Notes: generated by a model not told the origin, from the letters alone. Positions 1 through 14,035 are shown, numbered from the stretch's first letter. The stretch: DNA of 64,000 nt from the human T2T-CHM13v2.0 reference genome, Homo sapiens (GCF_009914755.1 NC_060927.1); one strand, 5' to 3'. A program made the numbers and translations.

Positions 1-1317
1 TTCCCTGGGCCAAAAGTGACTCTGAAATAAACCAGAAAGACTTGGACAATAACCAAGAAACTATTCCAAGGCTAATCCTACTACAGTGAATCCTTGGAAC
101 AGTGCAAGGTCATTCCCTGTCCTGGAAAGTTCTTGAGATAAGAGAACTGCCAACAAGGACCTAGAAATCCTTCAATTGCTTGTGGTTTCTCATTGTAACT
201 GGCTTAGCTGTGATAGGATTTGGTCTGTCTCCTGCTCTTAAAGGGCTAAGAATGTTTAATGAATACAGATAACTCCATAGGACCTAAGCTAGTACCATAG
301 ATGCAGTGGGTTGTAACAACTATCAGAATGCCTGGCACACTGCAGGTGTTCACTAGACACTGGGCCCCTCCCTCGTCCACTCATACTGCATATTTAAGAA
401 ATCATAACACCAAGCCATTTTATTTCTGCAAATCACAGCTCTTAGAACCTGACATACCCAAAGTTATGTGTTGGTTCAACACACTGCACTTGATGCCAAG
501 AACACAGAGACCTAGAGCCGAGCTTGAGAACCTTAGAAGTTCAGAATCTAGTGGCAAACACAAGTTCTCAGAGCCAGATTTAATTACTAACCTAAGATAA
601 TGTCACCATAGTGCCAGCTGAGCTATCACAATACCACATTTGGGGAAAATAAATTTATGTTATGTTAAAAGGTGATTTTATTCAGTTAATCTCTATCAAA
701 AGATATAATCATTGATTTTAAATTTTTATAAAGAAAAAGATACCATTTTAATTTCCTGCAGTGTCAAAATATTGTTAATTTTCCATTTTTAGTGCACAAA
801 AGTTGGAATCTATATTAGCTTTGACACATATCTACATTTGCCTAAGCTCACAAAGCCATAAAAATGCCATTTTACAGTTGAAAATATAAACTTTATAATA
901 AAATAAAAGCTAAATTTATTCATTTATTTAAACTCTGTTAATGACATCACAAATTATTATTTTAGCACTTTTGAATAAATAGCATTAAAAGTAAAGGGTC
1001 TTTTTCCAGGCAACTCCTGTCTGCAATGCCACATTTTGAGGAAAATTGGCAGAAAGTTCAAGGAAAATATAACAAGGCAAAATCTAGAGAAAGAGTTGCT
1101 ATAATAACAAAGTTGAATTGCCAAGAAGTCTTTAACTTTATTGCATGCATGCACCAACCAGCATTTAACAGTAAGACCCAGTTGTATGATCCCTATCATC
1201 TCATTCCAGGGGTAATTCTGAAACCATTTGAAGAGTCATCCAACTTTATTGTTGCTTTCAAAGTCATTTCTTTGAAGTTTTGTCTGTCCAGGCATGAGTT
1301 CCCAATACAAACCTTAC

Positions 1318-1397
1318 CTTAGATGATCCAGGTAGTAGCATCACAGGATGAAGTCTTCATCAAAATGGCCAGCTGCTGTGCAGCAGGAAGTGGGGTT
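1318..1397 (-). ncRNA. Candidate 80-nt internal exon (non-coding)
   Basis: Minus strand: cttttcctgtctcatttcctcAG acceptor, 80 nt, AAG|GTAAGG donor. Stops in all three frames. No recognisable repeat. Confidence 0.5.
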
Positions 1398-2199
1398 CTG
1401 AGGAAATGAGACAGGAAAAGCTAAGTTTGGATGAAGGCAAAGTTCTGAGGAAAGACTGAACCCAGGCACAGCTGAGCAGGCAAGGCAGGTGATCAGCTGG
1501 TGACATGCCCTCAGGTAGCAGGAGGATTCTGAGTGTCTCTGGGGCAGGGCTGGGGGAGGGGATGAGAAGGAGACCATGTCTACTCAGTCAATGACTTCAG
1601 TGAATGACCCATTTTACTACAGGGCAATAACATCTTTGACTACAGTTATTCCATCCAAAGTTAAAATTGCAAAGTCAAAATTACCCTTGAAAATCCATCA
1701 AATTGCCCATAAAGTACATGCATTTTTCTCTCTTGAATCTTGTAGCTAGATTTGTTACAGCCATATTTACTTGCTCCATATTGGAAACCAAAATATTGGT
1801 ACCCTTCACTGAGCCCATCACAGGCAGGTTTTCCTCCAGTGTTGGATTCCCTATTTTTTTGAATAAGTACCACATGAAGTAGCTGGCTTGTGTTAGAGGC
1901 CATGTTGTAAGAAATAATACACATATTTAAACACCAACAACATACTTAATGTAGCAAGAGGTGTATATTATAAGAGGCATATGGGACTCAGGCCAAGTAG
2001 GAAAGAGCAGATTTAGCTTTGTGACAGCAGACCTAGTCCAGGACGGGAATTTATAAAGCTGAATATAGACAAAATAGCCCACACTATTTAAATGACTTTT
2101 TCCTTTTTTGGAGGGAGGAGTGAGATCTGTATATTTGAATTTTTATAACTTAAATTGGAATATGATGTAATTGAACTATGCTTTTAAATTTTGCCTAGA

Positions 2200-2790
<591 letters not shown>

Positions 2791-3118
2791 GGCCTTGACA
2801 AAGGACCTACATTTAGTTTGAAATTATCTTAGACTGAAAGTGAATTGCTAACAAGTGTTAAACTTGATAAAATTATTTTAAAACTGTTCATTTTCTTCAA
2901 CAATTCTACCAGATTTAAGAAAGAATTGGTTCAAACTCTCTTCTGTATTTAAGCTGATAATGCAGGTTCCCCTGACCTCTTTTATTTTACAAATGACTTC
3001 AGAATGGTCAAGTCCCAGAATCTACAGTATCTGTGCATCACAAAATGTTCTATTGATCTTGAAGTCTGAATTTTTTGTGTTCAACAGAACTGCATCTAAT
3101 TTTTAAAGTTTTAACTCC

Positions 3119-3270
3119 TTTTTTTGTTTTTTGTTTTTTTGTTTTTACATTTTGTAGACATAGGAACTTGCTATATTGCCCAGGCTAGTCAAACTCCTGG
3201 CCTCAAGTGATCCTCTGACCTCAGTCTCCCACAATGCTGAGATTGCAGTCATGAGCCCCTGGGCCTGGCC
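3119..3270 (-). mobile_element. FLAM / Alu left monomer
   Basis: Single Alu left arm with T-rich tail. Confidence 0.85.
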
Positions 3271-3469
3271 TAATTTCTTTTTTTCTGCATGTCACAAATT
3301 TTATTCAAATATGTAGAAATTATCTTCGTTCCAACATATTGTGAAAAACTTAAAACACGCAACTAACATGCATACAATAAGAAGAGGAAAGACCTAGATA
3401 ACTGGCTCCAACAGACTGTATCATTTGAAGTGAAGGGAGTGAGATCTAAACTACAGACCAGCCCCTCAC

Positions 3470-3660
3470 CACATTGTCCCATTGTTTAAATATAAGCTAC
3501 ACAGAATAATATACGCAGCAAGGAGAAGCTGGAGACAGGTTGGATGGTTGCCAAATGCCAATTTTCTCATCCTAAAGAAGGCACCTTGCATCTTTATTAT
3601 TCTAGTTTTCAACAAGCAAATAAAGGGTTCCTAGCTAAGAATGTGCACTAAATACATCTA
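3470..3660 (-). ncRNA. Candidate exon (191 nt, or terminal exon extending to about 3285)
   Basis: Strong acceptor ttttttcaatttcttatttttctcCAG (CAGTAG tandem). Donor GTG|GTGAGG after 3470. AATAAA at 3300-3305 and 3593-3598 on the minus strand. Confidence 0.4.
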
Positions 3661-3998
3661 CTGGAGAAAAATAAGAAATTGAAAAAATATTAAATAGATG
3701 AAACAAGTGATAAGACAACTTTAACCATGTGTTGCTGAATCACCTCTGTAATCATTCTGTTCTTCGTGTTTTTCATTAAGGTTTTTATAAATGACACAAT
3801 AATAGATTTTTTTGTCTGCCAACTCTCTGCAAAAATTAAGATGAATTTATAAAAAGTTTTCAACTTCTTAAGTACAAAGTAGAGAATGTTATTTTGAGAA
3901 GAAGTACACAATCAAAGGCCATTGGTAGGAAAAGTACAAGTTCTACCTAGAAAGGATGTTCAGGGACAGTTGGGTTAGCCACACCAGTAGAATGAAGC

Positions 3999-4637
3999 TG
4001 TTACCAGAAAGGGGTCCCAATCCAGACCCTGACAGAGGGTTCTTGGATCTCACCCAAGAAAGAATTTGGGGCAAGTTCATAAGTAAAGTGAAAGCACATT
4101 TATTAGAGAAGTAAGGAGATGAAAGGATGGCACAGGCAGAGTAACAGCATGGGCTGCTCAACTGAGTACACTTATAGTTACTTCTTAATTATATGCTAAA
4201 CAAGGGGTGAATTATTCATGAGTTTTCCAAGACAGGGGCAGACAATTTCCGGAACTGAGGGCTCCTCTGCCTTTTAGACCATACAGGGTAACTTCTGGAT
4301 GTTGCCATGGCATTTGTAAACTGTCATGGCTCTGATGGGAGCGTCTCTTGGCATGCTAATGTATTATAATTAGCATATAATGAGCAGCGAGGAGAACAGA
4401 GATCACTTTCATGGCCATCTTGGTTTTGGTGGGTTTCGGCCGGCTTCTTTACTTCACCTTGTTGTAAAGAGTTTTTACAGGGTCCTTGCAGAGTCTTTGT
4501 GACCTTGTGCCACGCTTCTATCTCATCCTGTGACTAAGAATGCCTAACCTCCTGGGAATGCAGCCCAACAGGTCTCAGCCTCATTTTATCTAGACCCTAT
4601 TCAAGATGGAGTCACTCTGGTTCAAACACCTCTGACA
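3999..4637 (-). mobile_element. MER41B solo LTR (ERV1)
   Basis: On the minus strand it reads TGTCAGAGG...GGTAACA with the MER41 body. 4-bp TSD aagc/aagg. Confidence 0.92.
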
Positions 4638-4699
4638 AAGGCATCAAAGGCCCCTTGTCCTCAACATGACCTTTCCAGAAAAATGCCTTTTCCTGTTCT

Positions 4700-4777
4700 C
4701 ATTATAGCAGATAACATCAGTGCCCCTCAGATCTCTTCAGATCAGATCCATTTTTACCGTGTTTATGTTCCTGCCTT

Positions 4778-4821
<44 letters not shown>

Positions 4822-5207
4822 CCAGCAGACAGCACCTGATGATCTTTCTTGGATGGCTGCCCTTAGACTACTGAAGCCCATTTTGCCCCCACGGACAGAA
4901 AGTTTAAAGTGCCTGATAATTTTTGTGCTTCCACCCTTGACCCTTCACCAATGATGCATGGGTGTGGGCGCCTTAACTAGGGACAGTGCTGAGGCAGATC
5001 TTCCCCTCCAGAGCTCACATGCAGACCCAGCCTGAAGCTCTTCTCTGTAGAACTCTGAGATTGTGCAACTGCTTGGTTTTTCTCTCCTTTCCTGTCCTGC
5101 TGCCTCACTCTCTTACTGGGTTCCCCTGGGAGCATTTCCTGAAAATATCACTTGGCACACAAACCAAGGCAGCTCAGGGACTGCCTTTGAAGAACCTAAC
5201 CTAAGAT
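4700..5207 (+). mobile_element. LTR16-family LTR (ERVL), degenerate
   Basis: 3' end ...ctgcctttgaagaacctaacctaaga is typical of LTR16. Confidence 0.55.
4781..4818 (+). repeat. (TG)19 microsatellite
   Basis: Direct read. Confidence 0.98.
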
Positions 5208-5751
5208 ATCCATCAACCCAGATCCTCTCATCTCTAAGTGCAACAGGCCTTAAAATCCTAAGTGAGGAGGGACACAGGCCCCCACTCCACCTTCATATTA
5301 GGGATGTTCAGCATGGGCACACTATGAACTGTCTTTCCATTACTCTAAGGTGACCACACATGCTGGTATTTGCTATCCATCCCAAGGGAATAAACAGGCA
5401 TCTCAGATTAAAGTTTTAAGAAGGTTTCTTCTGGATTTTCCTACCGCCACAACCACTACAAATCATTACGTGAGCTGTGACGTGTGGAATTGAATTACGA
5501 CAGTTAAAATTCGCTAAACTTTAGCAAAAGAAATTTTAGAACCTTTATCATTAATTGGACTTGGAGCTAGAGGTAAGACTGAGATAAACAAGACAATTTT
5601 TTGAGCCTGAAAAGGTACAATTACCATAGACCAGGGCAGGACAGATGCATGATTTATGTTCCAAACCACTTGAAGCAGGTATGAGGAGCCCAAGAGTCGG
5701 GAATGGTGGCAGAAGGAAAGGGGCTGGCAGGGAAGGCAGTTATCACTCCTA

Positions 5752-5872
5752 CCTCTCACATTGTAGTCCAGCAGCATTGGCATCACCTGGGAGTTTAGCA
5801 GAATTCAGTCTCAGGCCCCACCCCACGCCTACTGAATTAGAATTTTATTTGTATGCACATTAAAGTTTGATG
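5752..5872 (+). mobile_element. MER5A fragment
   Basis: ccagcagcattggcatcacctggga...aggccccaccccacgcctactgaa...aaagtttga. Confidence 0.75.
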
Positions 5873-6039
5873 TGTTCTTACCAGCCTCGCTATCACTTTA
5901 GCAGCTACATACACATGATCATTGCACTCTGGGCTTTCTCCCCTTTCAGGCAGGCTTCCCTAGCACCTGCCAACTACCATTTGGAAGGGACTGTTCTAAC
6001 CCACCCTCCACTCTCCTTTACCCCCACTGGCCTTTTCTC

Positions 6040-6420
6040 ATTGGCTCCATTGCTGAAATGGCCAACATTATTCTCATTGCCAATATCTTCCTTGCCTCAT
6101 GGCCTTTATCTGTGCTGTTTTTCTGCCTAGAACATTCTTCAACTGGCCAACCCAACTCTTCGATCAGGTCTCAGCTTAAACATCACTTCCTCCTATCACT
6201 CACTCTAATATAAGTGCCCCACCATTCTCTCTTGTGGTCCACAGTTCTTTTCCTTCAGAATAGTCATTACAATTTGTAATTAGAAATTAGCTATCTACCC
6301 CACCCCCCAGATTGTTCAGGGTGGAACCATGTATGTTTCTTCACTGCTGTATACCTGGCATCTGCACAAAGCCTGAATCACAATAAGGACTCAATAAATA
6401 CTGTTCAAATGAATAAATAA
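6040..6420 (+). mobile_element. L2 3' end
   Basis: tctcagcttaaacatcacttcctc...ctcaataaatactgttcaaatgaataaat. Confidence 0.75.
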
Positions 6421-6679
6421 TTAAAACCAGTTTCTTTCCTGCAAGACTCTCAGATGCTAATAAGCCTCATCAATCTCCAAGAGAATAGTAAAGTATTCAG
6501 TGTTTCTCAAACTAATTTGTCTCTGCAGAAAACCTATTAATGTTGTAGGGAACAGGGTTCTACAGAACACAGTTTGGAAAATCCTGGGGTAAGTAAAGGT
6601 GAGAGAAGGGAGTGTTTCTAAAAGTCAGAGCATCACAGAAATCTAGGGAAGATAAATATATATATATATGAGTACTTAC

Positions 6680-6861
6680 TTTTAGAAGCTCTTAGAAGAG
6701 AAGCACTATAAAGATTATACTGTGTTCCCATCACATTGTATAAATCGCCCAAATCTTGGTGTGAAGATCCATCCATCAGTGAAGACAACCAGAGGAGCAT
6801 TACAGACTCCAGAGCCATCAATGGAGAGATAGAAGAAGACCTGAATCCCCGGCTACTACCA
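6680..6861 (-). ncRNA. Candidate 182-nt internal exon
   Basis: Minus strand: ttttctaaaaatgttgctgtttta-CAG acceptor and AAA|GTAAGT donor. One frame is open throughout. No recognisable repeat. Confidence 0.5.
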
Positions 6862-7021
6862 CTGTAAAACAGCAACATTTTTAGAAAAGCTACATTATAA
6901 TCATTTCAAAATTAATTTGCTGAGTCATCTTTCCCTGGGATCACCACACAGTACAAATATGTCATGTCAGTCACTAAAAGGGCAGAAATAAATTATATTT
7001 GAGAAGAACACAAAATGAAGG

Positions 7022-10004
7022 TGTTCTGGTTACTGTTGTTGGGTAACAAACTGATATAGTTTGGCTCTGGATCACCACCCAAAATCTCATGTCAAATTGT
7101 AATCCCCACATGCCAGAGGAGGAGCCTCATGGGAAGTGACTGGATCATGGGGATGGATTTTCCCCTTGCTGTTCTCGTGATACTGAGTGAGTTCTCACGA
7201 GATCTGATGGTTTAAAAGTGTGTGGCACTTCCCCCTTAGCTCTTTCTCTCTTTCTCCTGCCACCATGAGAAAAAGGTCCTTGCCTCTCCTCCACCTTCTG
7301 CCATGATTGTAACTTTCCTGAGGCCTCCCAGTCATGCTTCCTGTTAATCCTGAAGAACTGTGAGTCAATTAAGCCTTTTTCTTCATAAATTACCCATCGC
7401 AGATAGTTCTTTATGACAGTGTCAGAACAGACTAATGCAGAAAATTGGTGCCAGGAGAGTGGAGCACTGCTATTAATATAAAAATACCTGAAAATGGGGA
7501 AGCGACTTTGGAACTGGGTAACAGGCAGAGGATGGAACAGTTTGGAGGGCTCAGAAGAAGACAGGAAGATGTGGGAAGTTTGGAACTTCCTAGAGACTTG
7601 TCAAATGGTTTTGACCAAAATGCTGATAGTGATATGGATAGATATGGCCAGACTGAGGTGGTCTCAGATGAAGATGAGGAACTTATTGGGAACTGGAATA
7701 AAGGTCACTCTTGCTATGCTTTAGCAAACAGACTGGCAGCATTTTGCCCCTGCCCTAGAGATCTGTGGAAATTTGAACCTGAGAAAGATGATGCAGGATA
7801 TCTGATGGGAGAAATTTTTAAGCAGCAAATCATTCAAGATTTGTCCTGGATGTTTCTAAAAGTATACACTCATATACATGAAGAAAGAGATCCTCTGAAA
7901 TCAGAACTTATATTTAAAAGGGAAGCAGAGCTATAAAAGTTTGGAAAATTTTCAGCCTGACCATGTGGTAAAAAAGAAAAACCCATTTTCTGGGGAGAAA
8001 TTCAAGCCTGCTGCAGAAATTTGCATAAATAAGGAGTAGTTTAATGTTAATAGCCAAGACAATGGGGAAAATGTATCCAGGGCATGTCAGAGATCTTTAA
8101 GGCAGCCTCTCCCACCACAGGCCCAGAGGTCTGAGAGGCAAAAATGATTTCGTGGGCTGGGCCCAGGGCCCCATTGCTCTGTGTACACTGCTCTGTGTAG
8201 CCCTGCATGCCAACCACTCCAGCTCCAGCCATGGCTAAAAGGGGTTAAGGTACAGCTCAGGCCATTGCTTCAGAAGGTGCAAGCCCAAAGCCTTGGTGGC
8301 TTCCATGTGGTGTTGGGCCTGCAGGTGCACAGAAGTCAAGAATTGAGGTTTGGGGACCTCCCCCTAGATTTCAGAGGATGTATGGAAACACCTGGATGTC
8401 CAGGCAGAAGTTTACTACAGGGGTAGAGCCCTCATGGAGTACCTCTACTAAGGCAATGTGAGGGGAAATGTAGGGTTGGAGCCCCCACACAGAGTCCCCA
8501 CTGGGGCACTACCTACTGGAGCTGTGAGAAGAGGGCCACCATCCGCCAGACCCCAGAATGGTAAATCTACCAATAACTTGCACTGTACACCTGAAAAAGC
8601 CACAGACATTCAATGCCATCCTGCAGGCTCATGGGCTAAACCCTGCAGAGCCACAGGGGCTGAACTGCCCAAGTCCATGGAAGCCCACCCCTTGCATCAG
8701 TGTGGCCTGAATGTGAGACATGGAGTCAAAGGAGATTATTTTGGAGCTTTAAGATTTAATGATTGCCCTGCTGGGTCTCAGGCTTGCAGGGTGTCTGTAG
8801 CCCCTTTGTGTTGGCCAATTTCTTCCTTTTGGAACAAATGATGATGAGGAGCTTATTGGGAACAGGAACATTTAGGCAATGCCTATACCCCTTGAATCTT
8901 GGAAGTAGCTAACTTGTTTTTGACTTTACATGCTCATAGGCAGAAGTGACTTGCTTTGTCTCAGATGAGACTTTAGACTTGGACTTTTAAGTTAATGCTG
9001 GAATGAGTTAAGGCTTTAGGGGACTGCTGGGAAGGCATGATTGTGTTTTGAAATGTGAGAAGGACATGATATTTGGGAGGGGCCAGAGGTAGAATGATAT
9101 GGTTTGGTTCTGGGTCCCCACCCAAATCTCATGTCAAATTGTAATCCCCACATGCCAGGGGAGGGGCCTGGTGGGAGGTGATTGAATCATGCGGGTGGAT
9201 TTCCCCCTTGCTGTTCTCATGATAGTGAGTGAGTTCTCATGAGATCTGATGGTTTAAAAGTGTGTGGCACTTCCCCCTTCACTTGCCTTCTCTCCTGCCA
9301 CCATGTGAAGAAGGTCCTTGCTTCCCCTTCACCTTCCACCATGATTGTAAGTTTCATAAGGCCTCCCAGTCATGCTTCCTGTTAAGTCTGCAGAACTGTG
9401 AGTCAATTAAACCTTTTTTCTTCATAATCGCCCAGTCTCAAGCAGTTCTTTATAGCAGTGTGAGAACGGACTAATATACAAACCATCCCAAAATGGAGTG
9501 GCTTAAAATAACAACAATTATATTTTGTTCACAGATCAGCAATTTGTGCAGGACTCAATGAGGAAGGCTCATTGCTGCTTCATGTGTCTTCAGCCTGAGC
9601 AGTCTGGGTGTGGCCTGGGGGATCCTTTCAAGATAGCTCACTTCTAGGATTGGCAAGTTGAAGTTGTGCTGGGAGTTCTGCCAGGGCTGTGGACCTGTGG
9701 CCTCAGTTCCTCTCCACATGGGCCTCTTCATAGGATATTTGGCCTCCCTCACAGCATGCTAGCTGGGTTCCAAGTGTGAGTGTCCTAGAGAACCATGAAG
9801 TTGCATATCCTTAGCTCATCTGACCTCAGAAGTCATAAAGCATCACTTCCACTGCCTTCTATCCATGCACGTAGTCACAAGCCTACCCAGATTCAAAAGG
9901 AAGGGACTTAGGCTCCACTTCTTAATAAGGGAAGGGCTAAATTCTAGAGGAACATGGAGAATGGAAGATATTGGAGCCATCTTTGAAAAATGGAATCTCC
10001 CACA
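7022..10004 (-). mobile_element. MLT1F-type LTR (7022-7051 and 9479-10004), split by a MaLR provirus
   Basis: The two halves join across the CAAAC TSD. Ends ...gccatctttgaaaaatggaatctcccaca. Confidence 0.75.
7052..9478 (+). mobile_element. Full-length MaLR provirus, THE1D/MSTA-like (5'LTR 7052-7439, internal 7440-9094, 3'LTR 9095-9478)
   Basis: Two LTRs starting TGATAT, MaLR internal ORF remnants, purine tract before the 3'LTR, perfect 5-bp TSD CAAAC. Confidence 0.95.
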
Positions 10005-10263
10005 GACAACAAGATGTAAAGAGTATTTCTTTAAGGCACAACTTGCTAAAAATTGTGCCTTAAAAATATTCCCCTCTGAGTCTTCCTTTATTATAGAGGG
10101 AGAGAAGGATATGCATCAGTATGTGTCAAAGTTGGGTAAGAAATTTGCTCCCCAATATGTGGAGACTTAACCAAGAAAAAAACCAAATAGGTCTAATGGG
10201 AGCATTGAGAACACACCTTGACCCAGTGAGCTGTTGATTTGATGAACGTTAAATAGTGTATCC

Positions 10264-10546
<283 letters not shown>

Positions 10547-10957
10547 CTAGGAAGATCTAACTAAAATGAAAACAAACACGGTTCTTCCACCTACAGAACA
10601 CAAGCTGGCCAGCAGTGGTGATTTGAAGGCACAGGCTTTCAAATAAGTCCCTGATTTTCTGGGAGAGTCCCAATTTCAAATATTTTGTCACCATGGCAAT
10701 CCTGAACTGAGCCTTGAAAGATAAGTAGGATTTAAATATTCTGCCAAGCAAGACAACCAAACAACAGGTAACGAGGAATGGGAAAGGGAGCAACAAAAAA
10801 GCAATCTCATTTTCCTTTTTTCTTGTTTTGCTCAAGAAATGCTATATGAAAGCAACCAGCACAAAGTAGGCCATGGAAAATGTTTATAAACATTTTAAGG
10901 CCCACCACAGGCCTTAAAATTTCCACTATTAGAGAGTCTTCCCTTTGGTTAAGTTAG

Positions 10958-11374
10958 CGTGGCAGACATGAACATGAACCACTCAGATCCTTCTCCAAGA
11001 AAGGACTCTCCGCCTGACTTCAAGGAGTGTGAGTAGCTGGCAGCCTCAGCTTTCAATGTCTTTAGAGTTTTCCTCCACTTTCAGGCCAAGGTCATGCTCT
11101 TGAAAGGGGAGCCCAGCCAATGACTGAGGAAGGCAGTGGTACAGAGCCTCTTCATTTCCACACAACATGCGGCTCCTATAATGGGCAATCTGTGCTCTGG
11201 AGTTCCCACATTGAGCTGGCAGAGGCTTAACAAGTCTGCATCATGGTCTGATGGCTCACACTGCCCAATCCTGCTTCATGTTCTTTTGCTTTCACAGGTA
11301 TGATTCCCCCATAAATTTTTTGCACTCTTAACTTCATCTTAGCGTCTGCTTCCCTGAGAACTCAACCTGTGACA
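10958..11374 (+). mobile_element. LTR16A-like solo LTR
   Basis: Ends ...gtctgcttccctgagaactcaacctgtgaca. Confidence 0.7.
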
Positions 11375-12729
11375 GGCAGCATCCTCAAAGGTTCTCCATG
11401 AAGAGGCCAATATCCTAGTATAGAAGCATGCAGTAAGCCACTCCTAGCCTTGAGCACCTTGGAAAAGCAGTGATGCATAAGACACTGCACAGGTACATTT
11501 AAGCAGAGAAAGAGAATAGATTCAGAAAGTTCAGAATATTTTTATGATGCAAGGTTGCATTAGAAGGGGCTAGAAAAGAAGGGGATAGTAGACAAAGCTT
11601 TAAGAAATGTACTGATCTTCAGGACAATCTTGTTTGGAGGTTTGGGGAGTCTTAAGCTAATAAATAGCACTTTGGAACAAGACTTTGGTCTCCAAACTTT
11701 TCCCTAAAGTACTTGAAGTTTGTAGACCTTAAATATAAAACGGAATAATACATCTTGACTATAATATAATTATTCATATTTAGGTACTAATTTTACATAT
11801 TACCTTTTAGTTAGGTATTTTAAAAGGATCAGTGGCTTACTTGGCCCTGAACTGTTTGGGTCCTGAATGCTCAGTCATCCTTGATAAGAGTGAGACCTGC
11901 ACTGACCTGGTTCCAAAGCTAGCAAGGATCTGAAAGCAGTCTCCCAGGCAGCTAAGCAAAGGGACACACACCAAGGCTGTGATGTTGCTGTTGCACCTGC
12001 TAAAATCCACTAAAGAACAGCTGCTGCTTCTTCACTGGCCAAGGCAGACCCCTAAGCTGTGAAAGAACTCCACCCATGCATCATCAGTCAGCCTCACACC
12101 ACAGCACCAAACCAGACATAAGAACAAATTGAAACTTTTGCACCCCGCTTTTCAGAAAGGGTTCTTCTCCTTTCTTTTCCATTGGGTATCAGAAACTCAC
12201 GAGGCATCATTAGTGCTTGCTTATGTTTCACCCCTGAGATATCCTGAGAATTTGCATAAGTACCCGATCGTTTTTTGGGGAAACCTACTTCTGGTTTTTA
12301 TCCCATGCCTGAGACTAAGGACTTAATCCCTAATCCAAGTAATACAAAGGTCACAAAGAAACTATTGAGAAGTCTTGGCGTTGCCTTACAAGGTAAAGGA
12401 TGAAGAGGACAGTAAGGGTCAATGCCCCTAGGAAGAAATAGCCCCTCTCATCTCTGATTAAACAGCCTTTCCATAATTAACCAGTGACCTAACCAGCTAT
12501 TCATTATCTGTGCTTTCTCTACTTTGCCTTCTACCTCACAATTTCTTGCTCACAGTGTCAGCTTCTTGATATTGTCTGCTCAGTTATGACTCTTTCTGTT
12601 CACATTCTTTCCTGTCTTTTCAACCCCTGTCCTGTCTCTCTCCTTAAAATTCTTTGCTGATGCTGTCAAGAACTTACCCCTTATCCTTTCTGCCCACCTC
12701 TGAATCTATCCACAGCTTTAGTAGAGTTT

Positions 12730-13143
12730 CTAGCAGATGAGCTTCTCAATTCAAGCACCTTTCAACTTCTGCACCTGAGAATCCATGGGAGCTTGTTCAG
12801 CTGCAGCAAGTGCAACCCAGAAGAGTAAAGGAGGTAATGCCTTAGAAGTGGGAACTCTCAAATGATGGAGGGCAGAACTCAGTGAGTGAATTCTCTGGCT
12901 TCCATGTCCTCCAGGGGGACTATTTTAGCATGAGTCTGCCATAATTTCTCAAAGCATCCCCAGTAAGGTTGAGCTCCAGTTGCCTGCAGTGATAACCACT
13001 CCTTTACTCTTCATTAGTTTTCTCTCCTCCATGCCTCACTTTTCCTACTTCCTACTTTTACTTCCTGGAAATCACATCCTGAATGAACTAACTACACCCA
13101 AGTTCTTGTCTCAGGTTCTGCTTCTGGGGGAAACTCAATTACA
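12730..13143 (+). mobile_element. LTR16C-like LTR
   Basis: gagctccagttgcc...ttgtctcaggttctgcttctggggga. Confidence 0.6.
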
Positions 13144-13599
13144 GTAACTCCCAGTTCAAATCCCATGAGAATTTGACTGATTCTCCTTTAATCACTACTG
13201 CCTGTATGTAGACAGAGCTTTTCACACAACACCATTTTACAGGCATTAGCCACTATTAATCACTGCCCTTGGGTCTAGACCTGTGGTCCAAACACCTCTG
13301 TAGGCAGAGGTGGGTATAAAACATGGCAGCTAAGAGCTGCTTCTCTAGCAGGAGGCCATGAGTGGAGCTATCTTCCTTAGGATGGCTTTGAGCAGGACAG
13401 GCACTCTGATGACCTGATTCAGTAGGAATCTGAATATCTATATCTCTCTCTGGACATATCCTGTTAGTAGGTATGGCATATCCCCCCAATATATATAGGA
13501 TATACATATTGTTCCAGACACCACATTTATTTATAAGTACAAGTGATTCAAACAACTCCAGAGACTCATAAGCTACTAAGTTTTGTTTCATCTTCCAGT

Positions 13600-14035
13600 A
13601 GACTGTTCTGTGGTGAACTCTGCCAAGAAAAGATTGTACATACAGAGACTTGATTAGGGGAGATGTTTTTTTGAAAGGAATTAGGGAGGCAGGTAGAGAA
13701 GACTGGGAGAGCCATTAGATCATGATGCAAATATGACCGCAAGTGAAGGAGAGAGGAAGAGAAAATTGGATGGAAGCATCCCAAATGCCTATGCAGTCAA
13801 AAGAGGGCTTGGTAAAGCTGTTGAGGATCTTTGAGCCAGAGTTAGCTAACAAAGGGAGTCCTCTGCTCCTCAGGAACAGGTTTGCCTTAGTAACTACACC
13901 ACACACTGAAAGTCACTGGTGGGGAGCAGTCCATAGGAAGCACAGCCTGGCACAAACACAAAGCCAGTGACTGAAGCCTCAGTCAATTACACTCCCTTTA
14001 CTCCACGTTCCAGGAAGCCATTCTCATAGTCACTG
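13600..14035 (-). mobile_element. LTR16-family LTR, degenerate
   Basis: ggggagcagtccataggaagcacagcctggcacaaac motif. Confidence 0.45.

Noticed and set aside
3280-3960. Processed pseudogene 3' end (AATAAA plus A-run on the minus strand)
   Set aside because: No recognisable parent coding sequence or TSD, and an internal splice acceptor fits a genomic exon better.
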